From the NCBI GenBank assembly GCA_965208815.1, contig OZ242357.1:1447710-1511709 (forward strand): a stretch of DNA of 64,000 nucleotides, in the 5' to 3' direction. The translations under genes were made by a program, and so were the position numbers. The stretch's first letter is position 1. The number at the start of each line of letters is the position of its first letter. The DNA comes from Pseudomonadales bacterium. GTDB lineage: Bacteria > Pseudomonadota > Gammaproteobacteria > Pseudomonadales > Azotimanducaceae. Under the pieces are notes generated by a model that had not been told where the DNA came from, searched no databases, and saw nothing but the letters and a program-made list of their open reading frames with translations. Shown here piece by piece: positions 1-9,560 of the stretch.

Positions 1-2
1 GA

Positions 3-368
3 ATGCGGAAGTACGGACCAGTCTATGTAACTGGTGACTTCAACACGGCACATACCGAGATTGACTTGGCACGCCCCAAGCAAAACGAAGGAACGACCGG
101 ATTTCTGCCTATCGAAAGAGAGGCTCTCGGCGAATGGATGGCTTCAAGCTGGGTTGACGTGTTTCGCATGCGGCATCCCAAAGAACCGGGCCACTACACT
201 TGGTGGCGTCAATGGGGCGGTTCCCGGGAAAACAACGTCGGATGGCGCATCGATTACGTGCTGGCATCTCCCTCGGCAGCACGCCTAACTAGTGATGCAT
301 TCATCTGGCCAGACACGTTAGGTTCCGACCATTGCCCCATTGGAGTCGACACTAATCTGTCAATCTAA
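3..368 (+). CDS. xth: Exodeoxyribonuclease III / AP-endonuclease (EEP) family, C-terminal part; the 5' end lies outside the window
   Basis: The ORF is open to the window edge. The 121 aa carry ExoIII-type motifs (GDFN, WRIDYVL, terminal SDHCP). Confidence 0.8.
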   Translation: MRKYGPVYVTGDFNTAHTEIDLARPKQNEGTTGFLPIEREALGEWMASSWVDVFRMRHPKEPGHYTWWRQWGGSRENNVGWRIDYVLASPSAARLTSDAFIWPDTLGSDHCPIGVDTNLSI

Positions 369-394
369 AGACATCTCACTTGAGGAGAAGTCTT
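368..394 (+). terminator. Imperfect hairpin directly after the xth stop codon
   Basis: aagacatctc / acttgag / gagaagtctt gives a 10-bp stem with one mismatch and a 7-nt loop. No clear T-tract follows. Confidence 0.25.
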
Positions 395-540
395 GCAATC
401 CAATAGCACACAGTCAATCCTCGCACGCATGCGATCATTGAAAAAGAGCTGGATTTCCTAGGAACGAGATTAAACAAGCCAACATCGGTTGTAATTCGAC
501 GTTGGCACCCTCGATTGTCGTTGAACGACCTGTTTAGTTC

Positions 541-810
541 CTAAGCTACCTTATTTGAAGACTGTGCACCCACACCACTCTCGGCTGGTTGGGGTTGTAC
601 TGCTGCCGGTTCCCGACGCCAGCGAGCCTTCATGCCAGTAAAGCTCAATTGAGCTTTTGCCTGTTCATCGGCCCATTCTTTGTCAAGTTCCTTGGCAGCG
701 GCGAGTCCGTCATCGGATCGGGGAAAGTATTTCTGTCGAAGTTTCCCGTTTACAGAACGAGCGACTCTATAACTCTTGTACGATCCTTGTTCATGTTCGT
801 ATACGCTCAC
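541..810 (-). CDS. Small hypothetical protein (89 aa), possibly an AP2/integrase-DBD-like fold
   Basis: GTG start preceded by aggaagg about 8 nt upstream. The N-terminal YRVARSVNGKLRQKYFPRSDDGLAAAKELD resembles AP2-type DNA-binding motifs. No other support. Confidence 0.4.
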   Translation of the reverse strand: MSVYEHEQGSYKSYRVARSVNGKLRQKYFPRSDDGLAAAKELDKEWADEQAKAQLSFTGMKARWRREPAAVQPQPAESGVGAQSSNKVA

Positions 811-1204
811 TGTGATTACCTTCCTGGTTGAAACAGTTTCCGTATCATAACAAATCTCTTGCGTCTTGTTAAGCGATACCGAATTAACTCATAGAACGAA
901 TAGCCACAAGTTAGACGGCAGTTGTTAAGAAGCTTCGACCTGCAGAATGATTAAAAGTGACTGCCATTAGTTATTAACACCAAAGTTTTGGGAACTCACA
1001 TCCATCGATCAGTTGGCGAATCGATCCGATTGAATTGTTAGCAATTGCTGTCTAGAGTACTAACAAGTGCTTTCATCGAAAGCAATGAATTTTGTCACTT
1101 CTTGCATGAGCTGCCAACCCCGGCCTTCTCCTACTTAATCACTTAGTCAAGTCCGACCTTCCGCTCAAGGCTAATCTTGCTCCATCCAAACAAGCAAGTA
1201 CCTG

Positions 1205-1213
1205 CTTCGAATG
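1205..1213. repeat. Left copy of the 9-bp target-site duplication (cttcgaatg) of IS1380-family copy 1
   Basis: The identical 9-mer abuts both IS ends (1205-1213 and 2914-2922). Confidence 0.8.
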
Positions 1214-2913
1214 CCTTGATATCCGGTTAAGGTCTGCAGAGGTCGGATTCTAGATCATTCCATCCAACGCCAGATAGTTTTTGCTCTTGAATGGGACGAG
1301 GATGCCGCCACGAACGCCGAGTGTGCGCGAGAGTCGACGGGGAACCGCATATTTCGGCGCGACTGCGCGTTGGCGCGCTGGTTTTGCGAGTTTTGGGACG
1401 AACCGATTCGCGGAAGAGCGGAACTCTTCGCCGGTACGTGGAACATGTCGCCGCTACGTCAGTCTCGATGTCGCCCGACACGGCGCTCAGCTTGCGACGG
1501 TCTCCCCGAAGCTGTCCGCGGCATGAAGCAGCCAGGCCAGCTCCCAGTTCGAGCGCGCGAAGTTCAGATACAGACGACGGCCGGTGCGCACCAGCACGGC
1601 CACCGTGCGCATCAGGTGCCGGATGACGTAGCCGAGGCTGCGGCTCCGCGCCTCCTTGGGCAGCATGCGGTGCTGGACGGCCCGCACCAGCAGCTGGGCG
1701 ATCAGGGCGCACTCGTAGTACGCCTGGTTCGCCCGGAACCCCATGCAGCGGGGATGGTGCAGGTTCATCTCCCGCAGCGGGCCCTTGAACGCGTTCTCCT
1801 GCCCCTGCTTGCCGCGATGGCGGAGCACCAGCTCCTTCAGGTCGAGATCGTCGCGCGACACCAGGATCACGGTGTGCCGCGGAAACAGCAGCCGCTCCCC
1901 GCCGACCACTTCCTGGCGCACCACCACGTAGGTCTGCATGTTGCGCCACCGCGTCGGGCGATGCGTGATCAGCGCCGCCCTCTCGTGCTCGTTGATCTCC
2001 TCCCAGTCCGCGTCCTCCAGCACCTGTGCCGCCGCGTCCAGGATCGGTCGCTTGGCGACCTCCGAGGTCACGCTGACCGAGTAGTCCCAGCCCCGGTCCT
2101 CGAAGTGCTCCACCACGTCCCTGCGGTAGTAGGCGTTGTCCATGCGCCCCCACACCGGAACGCCCGCCAGCAGCGGCTCGACGTCGCGCTCCACCTGCTC
2201 GAGCCAGCCGTGGGCGGGATGGGTGTTGCCCGGCCGAAGACGACCGCTCACCTGGACGTGCCCGACGAAGGCGGCCGCCAGCTGGTAGCCGGTCTCCCCC
2301 TGGTAGTCCCTGGCCGCCCCCTCGAAGCGTCCGCCCCGCACCTCGATCTGCGTGGAGTCCAGAAACAGCGGCACGTAGCCCAGCTCGTCGAGAAAGTGCC
2401 GCGCCATCCCCGGAACCACCTCCTGCGCCATCTTGCGGCCCACCGCCCGCAGCGCGGCGACGTCCGTATCCTCGAAGCGGGCCAGATGCTCCCCCACCCG
2501 GCGAGGGCTCGGACGCTCCGTGAGACCCAGCAGCTCGCACGCCGTCCGGTCCCATCCCAGAACCTCCAGATCCGACAGGGCACCGTTCCCCAGGGCCAGC
2601 GAGGCGATCAGCGACCATGTCCGCTCGGCGTCCGGAACCCCCCGTCGCCGTCGCTTCAGAGAGCGCAGAGAAGAGAGCGCGCGAAACAGATCCAGTCGAC
2701 GCGCCATGCGCGAAAGAAAGCACAGCCCGCCCGATCCCGTGAGATGGTGATTGCTGAAATCGACCTCGACGCGACGGGGATTTGTTATCATGCTCATACG
2801 CCTCCGGTGCGCACCTGACAGGTGAGTTGTTTGTGTAACGCTATTTTAGCGAAACGACCTGTTATGAGCGCGCCGGATTTTCTTTGGCAATTTCGCTTAA
2901 CCGGATATCAAGG
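1214..2913 (-). mobile_element. IS1380-family insertion sequence, copy 1 (1700 bp)
   Basis: Perfect 18-bp terminal inverted repeats (ccttgatatccggttaag / cttaaccggatatcaagg). A single 436-aa DDE transposase. Near-identical second copy at 53968-55667. GC is visibly much higher than the flanks. Confidence 0.9.
1487..2797 (-). CDS. IS1380-family DDE transposase
   Basis: 436 aa. The layout matches ISEcp1-type transposases as I remember them: N-terminal ...FSNHHLTGSGGLCFL..., LDSTQIEV, RMDNAYY, HRGKQGQENAFK. Confidence 0.9.
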   Translation of the reverse strand: MSMITNPRRVEVDFSNHHLTGSGGLCFLSRMARRLDLFRALSSLRSLKRRRRGVPDAERTWSLIASLALGNGALSDLEVLGWDRTACELLGLTERPSPRRVGEHLARFEDTDVAALRAVGRKMAQEVVPGMARHFLDELGYVPLFLDSTQIEVRGGRFEGAARDYQGETGYQLAAAFVGHVQVSGRLRPGNTHPAHGWLEQVERDVEPLLAGVPVWGRMDNAYYRRDVVEHFEDRGWDYSVSVTSEVAKRPILDAAAQVLEDADWEEINEHERAALITHRPTRWRNMQTYVVVRQEVVGGERLLFPRHTVILVSRDDLDLKELVLRHRGKQGQENAFKGPLREMNLHHPRCMGFRANQAYYECALIAQLLVRAVQHRMLPKEARSRSLGYVIRHLMRTVAVLVRTGRRLYLNFARSNWELAWLLHAADSFGETVAS

Positions 2914-2922
2914 CTTCGAATG
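2914..2922. repeat. Right copy of the 9-bp target-site duplication (cttcgaatg) of IS1380-family copy 1
   Basis: Identical to 1205-1213. Confidence 0.8.
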
Positions 2923-2972
2923 CTTGCCTTCTGTCAAGTACAATGCAAGGATTCTCTGGGTTGGAAATTTAA

Positions 2973-3986
2973 ATGACTCCACGCCGACAATTCATTAGAA
3001 ACGCTGCTCTCTTGGCCGTGGGATCTCACGCTCTGCTCCGAACTGGATCGCTGAGTGCTGCAGTCTCCGAAGCGGATAAGTTGCGCATGGAAGGATGGCC
3101 TGAAATGCAGTACACAACACTTGGTCGCACAAATTTCCAGGCTAGTCGACTAGTGTACGGTTGCGGAGCCGCCCTCTCCCGACGCAAAATGGATCGATCC
3201 CTCAATGCAGCTTTCGACCACGGAGTAAACGTCTATGACGTGGGTACGAGCGACTACTACAACGCTGCCGAACGAAATCTCGCTGATTTCGTAAAGAACA
3301 AACGCGACAAGATCTTTCTGATTTCCAAGTCTTGGCTCGAAGCCGGTCGAAACGAAGAGCCCACCGTTGAACGGGCAAAGGAGATCGCTACCAAGTGGCG
3401 TGCGGCTATGGAAAAGAGTCTGCAAGAACTTGGACAGGACCATGTTGACTCCTACTACACAATGGATGCGAAGAATCCTGCCCTTGTAAAGAACGAGGAG
3501 ATTTACAGAGAATTCGAGAGAGCCAAGGAAGCTGGAAAAGTCACCTACTTTGGATTGAGCACGCACGACAATGCCCAAAACGTACTGCTCGCAGCGGCTG
3601 AAACTGGATGGTACGACCTCGCGATGGTTGCTATCACTCCTGCAGGCTGGTATGACTGGGCAACCCGTCAGGTAGTTAAGGACTCACCAACAATGGCTGA
3701 GCTGAAACCTGTTTTCGACAAGGCACGGGACGCTGGCATAGCTCTAGTGGGCATGAAAGTGGCCCGACATCTCGCAGGAGCGATGTTTGGAGGCCGAGAG
3801 GCGAAGAAGGCCTATGACGGCCACTACACCAAGTCGCTCCAAGAATCTGGTTTCTCTCCATTCCAAAAAGCCTATGCGTATGTGCTGGAGCATGGAATGG
3901 ACGTAGTGAACGCGGACATTCAAAGTTTTGACATTCTTGAAGAAAACTTCATCGCTGCAGCAACCTCCAGGAAGTTTCTGAGCTAG
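2973..3986 (+). CDS. Aldo/keto reductase family oxidoreductase with a twin-arginine (Tat) signal
   Basis: N-terminal MTPRRQFIRNAALLAVGS is a Tat-type signal. The body resembles AKRs (GRTNFQASRLVYGC..., YFGLSTH). Confidence 0.75.
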   Translation: MTPRRQFIRNAALLAVGSHALLRTGSLSAAVSEADKLRMEGWPEMQYTTLGRTNFQASRLVYGCGAALSRRKMDRSLNAAFDHGVNVYDVGTSDYYNAAERNLADFVKNKRDKIFLISKSWLEAGRNEEPTVERAKEIATKWRAAMEKSLQELGQDHVDSYYTMDAKNPALVKNEEIYREFERAKEAGKVTYFGLSTHDNAQNVLLAAAETGWYDLAMVAITPAGWYDWATRQVVKDSPTMAELKPVFDKARDAGIALVGMKVARHLAGAMFGGREAKKAYDGHYTKSLQESGFSPFQKAYAYVLEHGMDVVNADIQSFDILEENFIAAATSRKFLS

Positions 3987-4855
3987 GCGATTGACTGTGA
4001 CGGCTCCCTGAACGGAAGTTGGCCTCGAACGAACGACCAGATGTACTCGCAGCAGCGGTGAGCACCTGCTGAAGGTCGGTACGCAAACGCATGCGGTAAG
4101 TTTGGCATATAGCGATATATGACTGCCGTATTACGCTCCTGCAATGCCCGGATAAGATCCATTGTCATCTCTTCGGGCACGTTTGCATCGTCTCCCGGTT
4201 GTACAACCATAGTCGGAGGTGGTTGTACCGCCTCCCCGCTTCTCAAGGTACGTTGCACACTCGCATCTTCCATTCGTCGAATTGAACCAAAGTATCCATC
4301 GTGCGCACGAACTAGATCGTCTCGTCCGGTGCTTTGGGCGAATTGGTACCGATACACAGGATTAGAAACCGGCCAAAGCGCGACGATGTAGGCGGGAGTA
4401 GCCGATATTTCACGTACCTCTTCAAATCGTTCCTCATCGACACAGATTTGGGTTGACTGGTGATCTTCGCGTTGTGAATTCAATCCCGCAAACAGTACCA
4501 AGTGTCCACCTGACGAACTTCCAATGAAACCGACCGACTCTGCATGGACGCCAAATTCCTTGGCATGGAAGCGTAGAAAGCGAATTCCCGCCACAACATC
4601 GGCAGAAGCAGCGGGATGGGGGAAGTCTGGACCGCATCGAAAATCCAATGACAAGACTGTGAGTCCTTTTCGTGCAAGGGATTCCGAAACGAACCAAGGT
4701 GTTGTCCGATCATTGGCCGTCCATGCACCACCGTGAACCATGACAATTCCGTGTCCGATTGAGTGCTCAGACCGATAGCATCGCGCAAGAAGTTGTCGAT
4801 CGTGAGCTTTGGCAAACACGACATCCTTGTACTTCACCTTAGGTTGAGTTCCCAT
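3983..4855 (-). CDS. Alpha/beta-hydrolase fold-3 esterase/lipase
   Basis: HGGAW oxyanion motif and GSSSGGH (GxSxG) nucleophile elbow. Confidence 0.75.
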   Translation of the reverse strand: MGTQPKVKYKDVVFAKAHDRQLLARCYRSEHSIGHGIVMVHGGAWTANDRTTPWFVSESLARKGLTVLSLDFRCGPDFPHPAASADVVAGIRFLRFHAKEFGVHAESVGFIGSSSGGHLVLFAGLNSQREDHQSTQICVDEERFEEVREISATPAYIVALWPVSNPVYRYQFAQSTGRDDLVRAHDGYFGSIRRMEDASVQRTLRSGEAVQPPPTMVVQPGDDANVPEEMTMDLIRALQERNTAVIYRYMPNLPHAFAYRPSAGAHRCCEYIWSFVRGQLPFREPSQSIA

Positions 4856-4863
4856 AGACTTGC

Positions 4864-5826
4864 CTACTCCAAACTTAATGCGGCAACACCTATGCAGCTC
4901 TCTCCACCTGCTGCATAGAAGAGATAAGTCTGTTCATCGTCCACAAGGATTGCTGGATCCCTCAATTGACAAACCGATCCGTAGGCAACGCTTCTGATTG
5001 AGGGTTCTACAGCCTCCTTCGCTCCTTCCCATTCTCTTTCGGGACGTAGTAGCTCATAAGAATCGGTCTCGACCCATTCTTCAAAAGGTTGATTGAGATC
5101 GATTGTTGATACGAGAATTCTCTCGGGAGCATCGTAGACCTGAGTCCAGAAAACATGAAGCGTCCCGTTCTCGACAAGAAGAGCAGAGTGCCGCATGTTC
5201 GAATTAAACAGTCTTGGTCCTGGTTCAAACTTCTTGAACCCATCACTTGAATGGAAAAACTGACCGGGCATTGTCATCGCAAAGAGTTCGTTCTTATACG
5301 TGAACGCACGCAAATAGGTTGGACCAATGGTCTCCGGATAAGCATCAAAGTCGATTCCATCCTTCGACGTTGCCACGCGAGACAATTGACGACCATAGGA
5401 CTCCAATCCGTGAAAGTACATGACCATGCGCTGATTGTCGTCATCGATGTGCACATCGGGAGATGCGATGTGTGGTGTGCTGTACTCCTTGTGTGAACTG
5501 TGAGGTAGCTTCATAGGTGTCGATGTCGTAACCTCCCCGTTGGGTTGTGGAGGCACGGTGGGAAAGTGGGAGTCTCGAAGATGAAGTGAGCCGGGAACAT
5601 GGATAGTCCAAGGACCTTCAATCCTGTCGGAGTACGCCAGTCGTATGTAGCTTCCCTTGTGATCGGCAAAGTACAAGTAGTACTTCCCTAAAGGCTCATC
5701 AATCCAGTCAGGAACCCGAATCGGGGAAGGACCTTGAATATTGACCCCAATGCTAGGGTCCGATCGAGCCGAGACAATCGGTTTGTCAATCAGACGCGTC
5801 GCTGTCCAACGAGCGGTCGTACTCAA
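4864..5826 (-). CDS. Beta-propeller glycoside-hydrolase-like protein (GH43/GH32-clan-like, tentative)
   Basis: 320-aa ORF with a TTG start. Repeated blade-like segments and an RDPAI motif near the C-terminus. Function not secure. Confidence 0.4.
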   Translation of the reverse strand: MSTTARWTATRLIDKPIVSARSDPSIGVNIQGPSPIRVPDWIDEPLGKYYLYFADHKGSYIRLAYSDRIEGPWTIHVPGSLHLRDSHFPTVPPQPNGEVTTSTPMKLPHSSHKEYSTPHIASPDVHIDDDNQRMVMYFHGLESYGRQLSRVATSKDGIDFDAYPETIGPTYLRAFTYKNELFAMTMPGQFFHSSDGFKKFEPGPRLFNSNMRHSALLVENGTLHVFWTQVYDAPERILVSTIDLNQPFEEWVETDSYELLRPEREWEGAKEAVEPSIRSVAYGSVCQLRDPAILVDDEQTYLFYAAGGESCIGVAALSLE

Positions 5827-5876
5827 ATGACTTCTAGAGTGTGGATATTGGCGGGAGAGCGTGAGAGTTAGGACCC

Positions 5877-6695
5877 CTAGCGCTTCGCATTATTGAAGGT
5901 CTGCAGTAGCTTGTCGTACTCAGCGCCGTTTGGGCCATTGAGAAAATCCTTATGCCCGAGCAACTGAGCCATAGTTTCGCCGTGTTTCTCGACCAACTCA
6001 TCGGCGTGGGAACTGTAGTCTTCCACCGGACGCATCATCAAACGCGTGTATGTAATGTGGCACACAACGCGAGCTCCCTCGGCTTGGCGTTCCCAATTAC
6101 TGTGCCAAATATTGCCATTCCACAAAGCAACAGATCCGGGTGGACACTCAATTGCAATCGCACCACGCTTCTCTGCAATCTCTTCTGCATTGGGATGTCG
6201 TCTCAACACGTGACTTCCCGGAATGACTAATGTAGATCCTTTTTCCTTCGTAAATTCATCACAAGCCCAACAGGCGGTCAGAAGCATGTTGTGTTCTGGA
6301 AACGGAGCAGGCAACCAATTGTGATCGGCATGCAGCCCAATTGACTTAGATCCTTGAGGTCTTATGCTCGCGGCCACTTGGCTTATAAGAAATCCCCGCC
6401 CAACTGAGAACTCGGCCATTGCAAGCAGCTTGGGAGACAGTACTGCCCGAGCAAATAGCTCGTCTTTTGCGAGCAACATATTGAACGACTTGTCTTCACG
6501 AGCAACTTCGATGATTTTTTCTCGGAATCTGTGATTGAATTCCTCGCTCGAAACGTCATGCAACACGGTCCAACCTTGCATGGTTAGTTCCCGGCAATTC
6601 TCCCCAAGGTCTAGTTCTTCGACAATGGGCGCGAGCTCAGGAGATAGGGCATCGGGTGCGAGAGTGTCGAAATACAGTGTTGGTTGTTCAGCCAT
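5877..6695 (-). CDS. Phytanoyl-CoA dioxygenase (PhyH) family Fe(II)/2OG oxygenase
   Basis: I chose the internal ATG at 6695 (MAEQPTLYF...), which is preceded by aggag. HADHN...H motifs are typical of PhyH. The longer ORF to 6848 overlaps the divergent neighbour. Confidence 0.75.
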   Translation of the reverse strand: MAEQPTLYFDTLAPDALSPELAPIVEELDLGENCRELTMQGWTVLHDVSSEEFNHRFREKIIEVAREDKSFNMLLAKDELFARAVLSPKLLAMAEFSVGRGFLISQVAASIRPQGSKSIGLHADHNWLPAPFPEHNMLLTACWACDEFTKEKGSTLVIPGSHVLRRHPNAEEIAEKRGAIAIECPPGSVALWNGNIWHSNWERQAEGARVVCHITYTRLMMRPVEDYSSHADELVEKHGETMAQLLGHKDFLNGPNGAEYDKLLQTFNNAKR

Positions 6696-6839
6696 GCGAA
6701 GAGTTCTCCTAGTCAAAACGGATTTTAGCAACAGAGTTTTTCCTCTGCAGCCCAAAAGAAATTTCGCCGGATCATTGCTTGGATCTGACCGATTTCGGCG
6801 GGTCGTACAATGCAGGTCAGTTTGTTTGGTAGTGCAAGC

Positions 6840-7604
6840 ATGCAGCAAATTGACGATCTACACGAAGAAGGTCAAGTGCTTTACGACTTTCTTTCCACGT
6901 TGGACGAAAGTCATTGGACACGGGAAACGCCGTTCAAGAACCGAACTGTCAACTGGGTAGTTCAACACCTGCACGACGCCGATCGGTGGGCGTACCATTC
7001 CATTACTGACCCAGACGGATTTCGAAAATGGATGAAGGAACGCTCGTCAGGTGGAAGCAATGAATACACCAGAATTGAAGGTATACCATTATTGGAGCGA
7101 TGGCACGCCTACTTGGGTGAACTCTGTGAAGCGATGCGCCAGGCCGACCCTGCACTGCGTGCTCCTTGGTTCGGCCCCGATATGGGAGTTCGAATGATGG
7201 CGACAGCGAGACAAATGGAAACGTGGTCGCATGGACAAGACATCTATGACTTGCTAGGTGCTGAACGAACGCACACCGACCGAGTCAAGAACATCTGCCA
7301 CATCGGTGTTCGTACTTACGGCTGGACTTTTGTCAACAGGAAGCTTACTCCACCAGAACCCATACCCTATGTAGAGCTAATAGCACCATCGGGCGAAGTA
7401 TGGGAGTGGAACGATCGATCAGAAAATCACTGCATTAAAGGTACGGCTGTTGATTTTGGACGAGTCGTGACTCAAGGTCGCAATATTGCTGATGTATCAC
7501 TTGAAGTCGTTGGAGATTCAGCAAAGGCTTGGATGGAAATTGCTCAGTGTTTTGCTGGACCGCCTGAAGATCCTCCGCCCCCGGGGCACCGCACTGGACT
7601 CTAA
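6840..7604 (+). CDS. DinB/MDMPI-superfamily protein (TIGR03084-like)
   Basis: MQQIDDLHEEGQVLYDFLSTLDESHW...HLH... is a DinB-like N-terminus. The C-terminus ends ...CFAGPPEDPPPPG. The start could also be 6810. Confidence 0.55.
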   Translation: MQQIDDLHEEGQVLYDFLSTLDESHWTRETPFKNRTVNWVVQHLHDADRWAYHSITDPDGFRKWMKERSSGGSNEYTRIEGIPLLERWHAYLGELCEAMRQADPALRAPWFGPDMGVRMMATARQMETWSHGQDIYDLLGAERTHTDRVKNICHIGVRTYGWTFVNRKLTPPEPIPYVELIAPSGEVWEWNDRSENHCIKGTAVDFGRVVTQGRNIADVSLEVVGDSAKAWMEIAQCFAGPPEDPPPPGHRTGL

Positions 7605-7693
7605 ATAAAGATGTTCTTCTCACGGTGTTGAGAGTCCAAAGCAAGACTACGACTGTAGTTACCCAAGCAATGCAGTAATTCAGGAAAGATCTC

Positions 7694-8767
7694 ATGAAAT
7701 TTGGAGTTTGTGTTGCATCCCACATCAGCGACATTGACTATATAGTCCGAGCTGAAGAGTTGGGATTTCACTCTGCTTGGCTTGCTGACAGCCAAATGTT
7801 ATGGTCCGATTGCTATGCGACATTGGCTTTAGCAGCTACCCGAACCCAACGAATTAACCTAGGTACTGGTGTTGCAGTCACAGGAACCCGACCACCGGCT
7901 GTGACGGCAAGCAGCATTGCAACAATTAATGCTCTTGCACCCGGACGAACATTCTTGGGAGTCGGTTCCGGCAATACAGCAATGCGTGTGATGGGATTGC
8001 CGCCTCAAAGAATCGCAGACTTCGACCGTTACTTGAAGGAACTCCGTCCATTGCTTCGAGGTGAAGAGTCTCTAGTTTGGTTCAAGAACGAAGAGATTCC
8101 AATTCGGCATGTTATGCCGAACGACGGGTTCGTCAACTTCGATGATCCCATTCCTTTGTACGTATCTGGTTTCGGACCAAAATCCTTGGGTATTGCGGGC
8201 AAACACGGAGATGGTGCGGTACTGGCGATGCCCGCAAATGCAAACATCATGGCCAATATCTGGAGGATGTTGGAAAAGCATGAGGATTCCAATCAGAATT
8301 CAATTGATCGCAGTTCGTTTCTAACAACTGCGCTTACTGCGATAGTCGTACTAGATCCCGGTGAACCCATCGATAGTCCGCGGGTTAAGTCAGAGTGTGG
8401 AGCGATGGCAATGGCGGCCATACATTTTGGATATGAGCAAGTAAGAAACTTTGGCCGGAAACCGGGAGGAGCCCTTGCCTACGTGTGGGAAGACTATCGA
8501 GAAATGATCGAGTCTTACCCAGAGAAGAGAAGACACCAACGAATTCACGCGGGCCACAATTGTTGGGTCCTACCAGAAGAGGAAAGATTCTTGACGCCGG
8601 ATGTATTGCGTGCATCCAGTTTGATCGGAACCAAAGATCAAATCATCGATCAGCTTGGTCAGCTACACGAAGCAGGATTGGATCAAGTAATGGTGCTACC
8701 CAACTTTGATACTCGATACCAATCGATTGAACGACTTGCCAAAGACGTTGTGGGCAACGTTTACTAA
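7694..8767 (+). CDS. Luciferase-like (LLM class) flavin/F420-dependent oxidoreductase
   Basis: MKFGV...AEELGFHSAWLADSQ...INLGTGV... is a typical LLM N-terminal TIM-barrel signature. Confidence 0.8.
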   Translation: MKFGVCVASHISDIDYIVRAEELGFHSAWLADSQMLWSDCYATLALAATRTQRINLGTGVAVTGTRPPAVTASSIATINALAPGRTFLGVGSGNTAMRVMGLPPQRIADFDRYLKELRPLLRGEESLVWFKNEEIPIRHVMPNDGFVNFDDPIPLYVSGFGPKSLGIAGKHGDGAVLAMPANANIMANIWRMLEKHEDSNQNSIDRSSFLTTALTAIVVLDPGEPIDSPRVKSECGAMAMAAIHFGYEQVRNFGRKPGGALAYVWEDYREMIESYPEKRRHQRIHAGHNCWVLPEEERFLTPDVLRASSLIGTKDQIIDQLGQLHEAGLDQVMVLPNFDTRYQSIERLAKDVVGNVY

Positions 8768-8769
8768 TT

Positions 8770-9531
8770 GTGAGTACTACATTGAACGCAACTTGGACAG
8801 ATGCCTCAGATCCACAGGGCTACAAGACTCTCGAGTTTCGCGTTCATCGAGAAGGTGACCGCTTGGTCACAGGAAGCCTTTGGACGCCAAATGAGTCAAT
8901 TCGTCCCAACACGTTGATGACGTTTGGACACGGAGCATCGGGAACTAGATATCAATTACCCATCCCTTACCTCGCCCGAAAATTAGCCAAGGAAGGAATT
9001 GTTTCACTATCCATGGACGGACCAGTTCACGGTCTCCGACAGAAAGGTGAAGGGGGTCGTCCAGCTCTTTCACAAGAAATGCGACGGTCCAACATGATCG
9101 AAGACATGATTGTGGATTGGAGCGTAGCAGTAGAAGTCACAGAGTCTCGAGTGGGATTTAACGCCGATAAGTTTGGCTATTTCGGTCTCTCCATGGGTTC
9201 GATTTTCGGAATTCCATACCTGGCACAACGTATGGAAGACAACCAACACGTAACCGTGGCAACTCTTGGATTACTTGGCACAACTGGGGCAGTTTCAGTT
9301 TTGGCCGAGAGACTCAGTCAGGATGCATCAACAATCACCGCACCCGTACTCTTCCTTATGCAGTTGGAAGATGAGCTTTTTCCGCGAGATGGCTATCTAG
9401 AATTGTTTGACGCATTAGGAAGCGAAGACAAACGGCTTCACGCAAATCCCGGATTACATCCAGCGGTTCCAGCAGAAGAAATCAACTTCTGTCTCAGCTT
9501 TGTATTGGATCACCTTAGAGGCGACAACTAA
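8770..9531 (+). CDS. Alpha/beta hydrolase (dienelactone-hydrolase-like)
   Basis: GTG start 2 nt after the upstream stop. GLSMG nucleophile elbow. Confidence 0.6.
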   Translation: MSTTLNATWTDASDPQGYKTLEFRVHREGDRLVTGSLWTPNESIRPNTLMTFGHGASGTRYQLPIPYLARKLAKEGIVSLSMDGPVHGLRQKGEGGRPALSQEMRRSNMIEDMIVDWSVAVEVTESRVGFNADKFGYFGLSMGSIFGIPYLAQRMEDNQHVTVATLGLLGTTGAVSVLAERLSQDASTITAPVLFLMQLEDELFPRDGYLELFDALGSEDKRLHANPGLHPAVPAEEINFCLSFVLDHLRGDN

Positions 9532-9560
9532 AGATCGGTTGGCTACCGTACGTTTTTCAA

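Noticed and set aside
1227-2818. Very long ORFs overlapping the IS1380 transposase (498 aa on the minus strand, 482 aa on the plus strand). The same pair occurs at 53981-55572.
   Set aside because: Their products are low-complexity and rich in G, R, A and P. They fully overlap a recognisable DDE transposase frame in very GC-rich DNA. These are typical GC-driven spurious ORFs.
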